A program made the position numbers and the translations under genes. This document shows positions 58,559-64,000 of a stretch of 64,000 nt of DNA, in pieces. Numbering within the stretch: the stretch's first letter is position 1; each line of letters opens with the position of its first letter. Location of the stretch: assembly GCA_963804645.1 (NCBI GenBank), contig CAWDRG010000017.1, forward strand, positions 736,001 through 800,000, in the 5' to 3' direction. Origin of the DNA: an uncultured Bacillota bacterium (GTDB taxonomy: Bacteria; Sysuimicrobiota; Sysuimicrobiia; Sysuimicrobiales; Segetimicrobiaceae). The notes under the pieces are model-generated. The model was not told where the DNA came from, searched no databases, and saw only the letters and a list, made by a program, of their open reading frames with translations.

Positions 58559-59677
58559 GTGACTCGACACTCGATACCGGTGGCGCGGATCTTCGGAATT
58601 TCTATCGGCCTCGATTACTCGTGGTTTCTGATTTTCGTCCTCTTCACGTGGGGACTCGCGACCAACTACTATCCGGCCTCGTATCCCGCGTGGCCCCGTA
58701 CCGAGTACTGGATCCTCGGCGCGGTCTCGGCATTGATGCTGTTCGCGTGCGTGCTGCTGCACGAATTGGGGCATTCGGTCGTGGCCATGCGCTACCACAT
58801 TCCGGTGCGCAACATCACCCTCTTTCTCTTCGGCGGCGTGTCGCAGATCGAGGGGGAACCGCCCAGCGCCCAGGCGGAGTTCTGGATCGCGATCGCGGGG
58901 CCCGCGGTCAGCGGTGCGCTGGCCGTCCTCTTCGCGCTGCTGCGGCCGGCCGTGGCGGCCGTCAGTCCGCTGCTCGCCCTGACGTCGTACCTCGCCTACA
59001 TCAACGGCGCCCTGGCGGTCTTCAACCTCATTCCGGGCTTCCCGCTGGACGGCGGCCGGGTGCTTCGAGCCATCCTCTGGAGCTCGACGCACAGCCTCCG
59101 CAAAGCCACGCTGACGGCCGCCACCGTCGGCCGCTTCATCGGGTTCGTGTTCATCGTCTTGGGCGCCTCGCAGATTCTCGGGGGAAACTTGGGCAACGGG
59201 CTGTGGATCGTCTTTATCGGATGGTTCCTGGAAAGCGCGGCGACCGCCCAGGTCCAGCAGCAGGTCGTCGGAGGCCTGCTGGCGGGGCATACGGCGGCGG
59301 AAGCCATGAACCGCCGTTACGTCAGTGTTCCTGCGGACACCACGCTGCAGGACCTGGTGGACCACCATATTCTCGGGAGCGGAACCCGGACGGTGATGGT
59401 CACGCGTGACGACGACCTCGTCGGTCTCACCACCGTGCACCAGATCGCGGCGGTGCCCCGGGACAAATGGGGCGCGACGACCGTCGCGGATGCGATGACG
59501 CCGATCGCGCGCGTGAAACAAATCACGCCCGCCACTGGACTGTGGGAGGCAATGACGGCCATGGATCGCGACGGCGTGAATCAGCTGCCGGTCACGGACG
59601 ACGGCCGAATTGTCGGAATGCTCGCGCGCGCGGATGTGATCAGCTATCTCAACACCCTCAAAGAGTTGGGCCACTGA
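58559..59677 (+). CDS. Site-2 protease (M50) with tandem CBS domains
   Basis: LHELGH, IAIAGP, FNLIPGFPLDGGR, C-terminal CBS pair. Confidence 0.93.
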   Translation: MTRHSIPVARIFGISIGLDYSWFLIFVLFTWGLATNYYPASYPAWPRTEYWILGAVSALMLFACVLLHELGHSVVAMRYHIPVRNITLFLFGGVSQIEGEPPSAQAEFWIAIAGPAVSGALAVLFALLRPAVAAVSPLLALTSYLAYINGALAVFNLIPGFPLDGGRVLRAILWSSTHSLRKATLTAATVGRFIGFVFIVLGASQILGGNLGNGLWIVFIGWFLESAATAQVQQQVVGGLLAGHTAAEAMNRRYVSVPADTTLQDLVDHHILGSGTRTVMVTRDDDLVGLTTVHQIAAVPRDKWGATTVADAMTPIARVKQITPATGLWEAMTAMDRDGVNQLPVTDDGRIVGMLARADVISYLNTLKELGH

Positions 59678-59720
59678 CGCATGGCGGCGTGTCGGCGGCT
59701 ACCTCGCGGCCGCCCCGCGC

Positions 59721-60416
59721 GTGATGACAGAGCGGGTTGACTCAGATGCTGGCAGGTGCGCTGGCTGTCGTGGATCTCGTCTGGCTCCATGCACTCAGTA
59801 CGTGGTCGACCGTCACGTGGGATCACGTGCAAACAGCCGCGCCCAGGCCGGGCCGGGAGCCCCCGCGGCGTCGATCCTCATCACGATCTTGAACACGTTT
59901 CTTCCGTTTCCGACGGACCTCATGATCGTCGCCAACGGCGCGGTCTTCGGGTTTTGGAACGGCCTCCTCGTGTCGATGATCGGCGCGATGGCCAGCGCCT
60001 GTCTCGCCTTCGGGCTCGCACGCCTGGTCGGACGGGGGCCCGCGCGGCGTCTGGTCCCGGCACATATGCTGGCGTGGGTGGACGACACCGTCACGCACGG
60101 GGGATGGCGGTCGGTGCTGCTGATCCAATTCATCCCGCTGCTACCGTACAGTTTGCTCAACTTCGCGTTGGGCCTGACCTCCGTTCCGTGGACGACGTTC
60201 TTGTGGGCCACGGCCGTCAGCATCCTGCCGACGGACCTCATCCTTGTCGGACTGGGACACGGCGTGGCGCGAACCCGGACCGTCCTCTACGGGACGATCG
60301 CGGCCCTTCTCGTGCTGACGATCGTCACGATGTGGCTCCGCCGCCGGCTGGCCCGTGTCCTGAAGATCCCCACGAAATTGGCGGAGGTCCCATCGCCTCG
60401 AAGCACCGCGACGTGA
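59721..60416 (+). CDS. TVP38/TMEM64 (DedA/VTT) family membrane protein; probable frameshift near 59840
   Basis: PFP..ANGAVFG..G, IPLLPYSLLNFALGLT..FLWAT; the hydrophobic N-terminus (MLAGALAVVDLVWLHA) lies in another frame. Confidence 0.82.
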   Translation: MMTERVDSDAGRCAGCRGSRLAPCTQYVVDRHVGSRANSRAQAGPGAPAASILITILNTFLPFPTDLMIVANGAVFGFWNGLLVSMIGAMASACLAFGLARLVGRGPARRLVPAHMLAWVDDTVTHGGWRSVLLIQFIPLLPYSLLNFALGLTSVPWTTFLWATAVSILPTDLILVGLGHGVARTRTVLYGTIAALLVLTIVTMWLRRRLARVLKIPTKLAEVPSPRSTAT

Positions 60417-60533
60417 GCCGCGGGCGCGCCCGCGCCGCGATCGACCGAAGCCGGGCGTTGTGCGTGCCGCGTCGGCGGGCCATGGTGCTCCCGTTACCTC
60501 TCCCGCGGGACAGGCGACGCACGTGGTGCCCCT

Positions 60534-61013
60534 ATGAACGTGGAGTATCTGATGCGTTCGAACGTACGCCGCGCGCGGGTGTCAGATGGCACGGAGCTGG
60601 CGAAGCTGTGGGTGCTACTCTGGCCTGATGCATCGCTCGACGACCACCTCGCGGAACTCGGCGCGATCCTGAGCACGGGGACCAATCGGACCGTGCCGAT
60701 GGTCATTCGGGTGTCACACGATGACGCGGGAACCTTAACCGGGTTTCTTGAGGTCGGCCTGCGTTCCCACGCGGATGGGTGCGACCCCGACCGCCCGGTC
60801 GGCTTCGTGGAAGGGTGGTTCGTGACGGAAGGGCTTCGACATCAAGGAATTGGCAGACGCCTCATGCGCGCCGCCGAGGAGTGGGCCCGTCAACAGGGCT
60901 GCCGGGAGATGGCGTCGGACGCGTGGATCGATCACGACGAGTCGCAGCGAGCGCATCAAGCGCTGGGGTTCGAAGTTGTGGACCGGTGCGTACACTTTCG
61001 CAAGACGCTGTAG
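60534..61013 (+). CDS. GNAT acetyltransferase, aminoglycoside 6'-N-acetyltransferase-like
   Basis: LWP, FLEVGLRSHADGC..PVGFVEGWFV..RHQGIG, EMASD..S.RAH.ALGF..FRK. Confidence 0.82.
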   Translation: MNVEYLMRSNVRRARVSDGTELAKLWVLLWPDASLDDHLAELGAILSTGTNRTVPMVIRVSHDDAGTLTGFLEVGLRSHADGCDPDRPVGFVEGWFVTEGLRHQGIGRRLMRAAEEWARQQGCREMASDAWIDHDESQRAHQALGFEVVDRCVHFRKTL

Positions 61014-61078
61014 GGTCCGCGGTCCATTCGCATGATACCGCGATCTCCTCGGCCGCGGTACCGTGCGCGCTGCGATTG

Positions 61079-61498
61079 CTACGCCGGCGTTCCCGGGTCC
61101 GGAATGTCGCAGAGCACGACGCTCTCCTGCTCGTTTGGATCAGTGCGGGCGAGGACAGCGACGCAGGGCTCCGTCATGCTTCGATTGTAGGGCAGGTGCG
61201 GCACGTTCGCCGGAATGTACACGAACTGCCCGGCTCGCGAGATCAGGTGCTGGCGGAGGTCCCGCCCGTGCCACATCCCCGCTTCCCCGGACAGCACATA
61301 GATCACCGTTTCGTGATGCTCGTGGAGATGCGGTTTGGCGCGGCCTCCGGGCGGGATGGTGAGCCTGTGCATGCAGATGCCCGTGGCCCCCACGCTCTGC
61401 GCTGAAATGGCGCCGACGTAATCAAACCCCTGCTTGCCGCGAAACGACTCGTCGGCGGAGAGGACTACGCACGCAGGTTCGTGTGGACGTTGAGACAT
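61079..61498 (-). CDS. Cupin domain protein
   Basis: IPPGGRAKPHLHEHHETVIYVLSG, YIPANVPH, ARTDPNEQESV. Confidence 0.88.
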   Translation of the reverse strand: MSQRPHEPACVVLSADESFRGKQGFDYVGAISAQSVGATGICMHRLTIPPGGRAKPHLHEHHETVIYVLSGEAGMWHGRDLRQHLISRAGQFVYIPANVPHLPYNRSMTEPCVAVLARTDPNEQESVVLCDIPDPGTPA

Positions 61499-61629
61499 GA
61501 GAAATGCCTCCGTGAGGGTGGCGTGCCGTGCTTGCCCATCAGCGATGCTATCCGCGAAGCCTTGCGAAGCCGTTGCGAACCCCTTGCAACTCCCGGAACA
61601 CGAGCGCACGCGGACACGCGTAAGAGGGG

Positions 61630-61705
61630 TGGTGCCGGGAGACGGAGTTGAACCGCCGACACGGGGATTTTCAGTCCCCTGCTCTACCACCTGAGCTATC
61701 CCGGC
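61630..61705 (-). tRNA. tRNA-Phe (GAA)
   Basis: GCCGGGATAGCTCAGGTGGTAGAGCAGGGGACTGAAAATCCCCGTGTCGGCGGTTCAACTCCGTCTCCCGGCACCA: cloverleaf, GAA anticodon, encoded CCA. Confidence 0.97.
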
Positions 61706-61830
61706 ACGCCAGCGAACGCCTCCGAGTATAACGAATCGCCGCTCCCCGGGGCAAGGGGACGGCCCTCGGGTGCGTGCCGTACAATCGCGACCGCACCGCG
61801 GGATAAAAGCCGAGCGAGGAGGTAAGCCGC

Positions 61831-62098
61831 ATGGTGACCACGAGAGACATCGAGAGATATCGTCAGGTGATCCAGGAAGCCGTCGCCGATCTTGGGCGCG
61901 AGGACATGGGGGTCGGCGACGTTCGGGTCGCGCAGCACGGGGTGCTCGCCGTCGAGTTCCGACGGGGCACCCACGCGGGATGTCCGCGAGATTCCGGTCA
62001 ACGAACCGCAGAACCGGGAGAGTGCGCACCAGGCGGTCATGAAGGCGATCCGGCCGCTGAGTAAAGCCATCGAGCAGGACGAGATGCGGAACGCGTGA
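61831..62098 (+). CDS. Hypothetical protein, split by a probable single-base insertion near 61978
   Basis: GAGGAGG RBS; MVTTRDIERYRQVIQEAVADLGRED..RRGTHA continues in the next frame as DVREIPVNEPQ..AIEQDEMRNA. Confidence 0.6.
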
Positions 62099-62180
62099 CA
62101 TCGCGGCAATTCCCGCGGGGACGTCGTGTGGCCGGCCCTGACGGGCCGGCCACACGCGCGCTCCGCCGCATCGAGATCGG

Positions 62181-63437
62181 CTACTGGATCGTCACTTGGA
62201 TGCTCGACGGGTCCGACTGCATCCCATCGATGATCTGGGTCGCCGTCACCACGTACGGGAATGAGACGGCCGGCAGGGACTGCACGTTGAGCGACACCGC
62301 CCATGCTCCGGCACCGTCGGCCTGCGTCGTCCCCTGAACCGTCCGTCCCAACAGTCGCGGCTCGGCCGTGACGACGATCGTGGCGCCGGGCCGCGCCCGG
62401 CCGCTGACCACAAACGTGTTGCCGACGGTCGCGTTGTTGGTCGGCGCGCTGATCCCCGGTGCACTGAGACCGACCGGGACGGGCACCATCGTCGAGACCG
62501 GGAACGTCACGGCCACCTCATACGCTTGGTTGGTGCCCTGGACCAAGGAGAACTGCGCGTCGCGTCCGGGCTGGATGACCTCGAATCCCGCGCTCTGCCC
62601 GTTCAGCGTGATCTGCGCGTCGGGCAGCACCACGTACGTCTGCCCGTTCGCCAGCCGCACCGTCCGGTTGGTCACGCCCGCGATGCGGCCGCCCAGGAGC
62701 GCTTGGTACGTCGCCGTAATCTTCGCCGCCTGGCCCCGGTCGTTCATCTGGACCGCCACCATGTCCCCGCTGCGCAGCGCGCCCAGCGCCGCGGAGCCGC
62801 CGGCGTTCGTCCCGGCATTATTCCGATAGATCGCGGTGCCCGCGGTCACAGGGACGGTGACGTCCTGCCCGCTGGTCCGCACGACAATCGAGGGGGTCGG
62901 CCCCATATTCACGGCCACCAACCGGCCGGAGATGGCCGGTGCCTGCGCGACGGGCGGAAGAGTGCTCGGAACCGTCACCGGGATCGAGGCGGCCGCGCCA
63001 CTCGCATTGATGAGGATGGTGTCATTCGCCGCGACCCACTGAACTTCGGCGCCCAACCCCGCGCTGATGAACCGAAGCGGCACCATCGTCCGTCCGCTGA
63101 TGGTAAACGCGGGGACGCCGAGCATCTCGGGCACGCCGTTCACCATCGCCTGACGCGACCCCACGGTCAGTTCCACATTCTGCGAGCCGTCCGTGACGTT
63201 AATCTGCTGGGTCAGGGGATTGTAGTCTACGGTCGCACCGAGGCTCTCGAAGATCCCGCGCATCGGTACGAGAACGCGACCCTGAATCACAGTGGGGGGC
63301 ACGTCGAAGTTGACGACGCGTCCGTTCACGTAGACCGTGATTGGGGCAACCGGCTGGGCGAACCCCGTGCCGGGTGCAATGAGGGCACCCACAACCACCG
63401 CCAGAAGAACCACGCCAAGTCTCTGTTTCATGCGCAT
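62181..63437 (-). CDS. Secreted protein with copper-amine-oxidase N-terminal (stalk) domain
   Basis: Signal peptide; ITVYVNG..FDVPP..GRVLVPMRGIFESLGA..GRTMVPLRFIS..LGAEVQW; Ig-like C-terminus. Confidence 0.88.
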   Translation of the reverse strand: MRMKQRLGVVLLAVVVGALIAPGTGFAQPVAPITVYVNGRVVNFDVPPTVIQGRVLVPMRGIFESLGATVDYNPLTQQINVTDGSQNVELTVGSRQAMVNGVPEMLGVPAFTISGRTMVPLRFISAGLGAEVQWVAANDTILINASGAAASIPVTVPSTLPPVAQAPAISGRLVAVNMGPTPSIVVRTSGQDVTVPVTAGTAIYRNNAGTNAGGSAALGALRSGDMVAVQMNDRGQAAKITATYQALLGGRIAGVTNRTVRLANGQTYVVLPDAQITLNGQSAGFEVIQPGRDAQFSLVQGTNQAYEVAVTFPVSTMVPVPVGLSAPGISAPTNNATVGNTFVVSGRARPGATIVVTAEPRLLGRTVQGTTQADGAGAWAVSLNVQSLPAVSFPYVVTATQIIDGMQSDPSSIQVTIQ

Positions 63438-63677
63438 CCCATCTTTCTCGCGGTCGTCGCACCCGCTTGGTCTGTGTGCCTTAGCGTACCGGGGCGAGCA
63501 TGTCCCGTCTGTTCAATTGCGCACACTCGTTCGGACGCACGTCCTGCGAATCACACTGTAACGATACCCGCCTCCCCTGCAAGGCAAACGCGACGGCCGT
63601 GCCCCGCCGAAGGAGTGGGCGCCGCGTGCGCGAATGCTCTCGTCGCGGATGGTCGCGCCACCAGGAGGTGTCGAGAC

Positions 63678-64000
63678 ATGCTGACACGCGGCTACCAACG
63701 TCCACTGGCGCGCGTAACGCAGCCCCTGATCCGCCGTGCCGGTCACCTCGAGCCGGCAACCTGGCACGACGCGCTGGACCTCGTGGCGAACCGCTTCGAC
63801 GAGATCCGCCGGACCCACGGCGCAGACGCGTTCTGCTGCTTCAGCTGCTCCAAAGCGTCCAACGAGATGAACTTCGCCGCCCAGAAGTTCATGCGGACGG
63901 TGATCGGCACCAACAATATCGACAGCTGCAACCGGACCTGACACGCGCCCAGCGTCTCCGGTCTGGAGACGGTGTACGGCGCGGGCGGCGGGACGACGTC
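63678..64000 (+). CDS. Selenocysteine-containing formate dehydrogenase (molybdopterin oxidoreductase) catalytic subunit, 5' part
   Basis: AGGAGG RBS; RVTQPLIR..ATWHDAL..SCSKASNE.N..QKF.R..GTNNIDSCNRT-UGA-HAPSVSGL; the frame continues past TGA 63939-63941. Confidence 0.9.
63953..63971 (+). promoter_or_regulatory. Bacterial SECIS element
   Basis: CGTCTCC-GGTCT-GGAGACG perfect 7-bp stem with GGUCU loop starting 11 nt after the in-frame UGA. Confidence 0.82.

Noticed and set aside
61630..61705. tRNA-anchored integrative element
   Set aside because: No duplicated tRNA 3' end (only a short chance match inside fixC near 4172) and no intact integrase found.
62526..63941. 471-aa ORF ending at TGA 63941
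   Set aside because: The 5' part is antisense to the stalk-domain gene; the real start is ATG 63678 and the TGA is most likely selenocysteine.

Overview
High-GC bacterial chromosomal window; the gene content is loosely compatible with an Armatimonadota-related lineage such as Ca. Sysuimicrobiota, which is inference only. Left third (minus strand): ggt, a family-5 ABC solute-binding protein, fixX-fixC directly behind a complete nuoA-N Complex I operon (nuoL has a 1-nt frameshift), then iscS and a MerR-type regulator. Middle: housekeeping and catabolic genes (PHP phosphatase, metallophosphoesterase, Nudix, ferredoxin, threonine aldolase, SufR-like regulator, HelY-like helicase, CaiB/MmgE/two-subunit fumarase cluster). 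The most notable block is ~34.9-45.4 kb. Two paralogous XRE-HTH+TPR (RRNPP-like) regulators bracket a secreted precursor with 8 copies of LVPAGDDNGG in 54-bp tandem repeats, a decayed tyrosine-recombinase remnant, two membrane-anchored HD-GYP genes (one fused to a complete MFS transporter) and a peptide-binding ABC protein. This is a candidate multi-copy peptide quorum-sensing system linked to cyclic-dinucleotide turnover. Right part: an RlmD-like protein lacking catalytic motifs, 2-oxoacid:ferredoxin oxidoreductase, HU, Maf, a creatininase/M24 pair, a site-2 protease, an AAC(6')-like GNAT, tRNA-Phe(GAA), a stalk-domain protein and the start of a selenocysteine formate dehydrogenase with a SECIS hairpin. 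Several single-base indels suggest residual assembly error.
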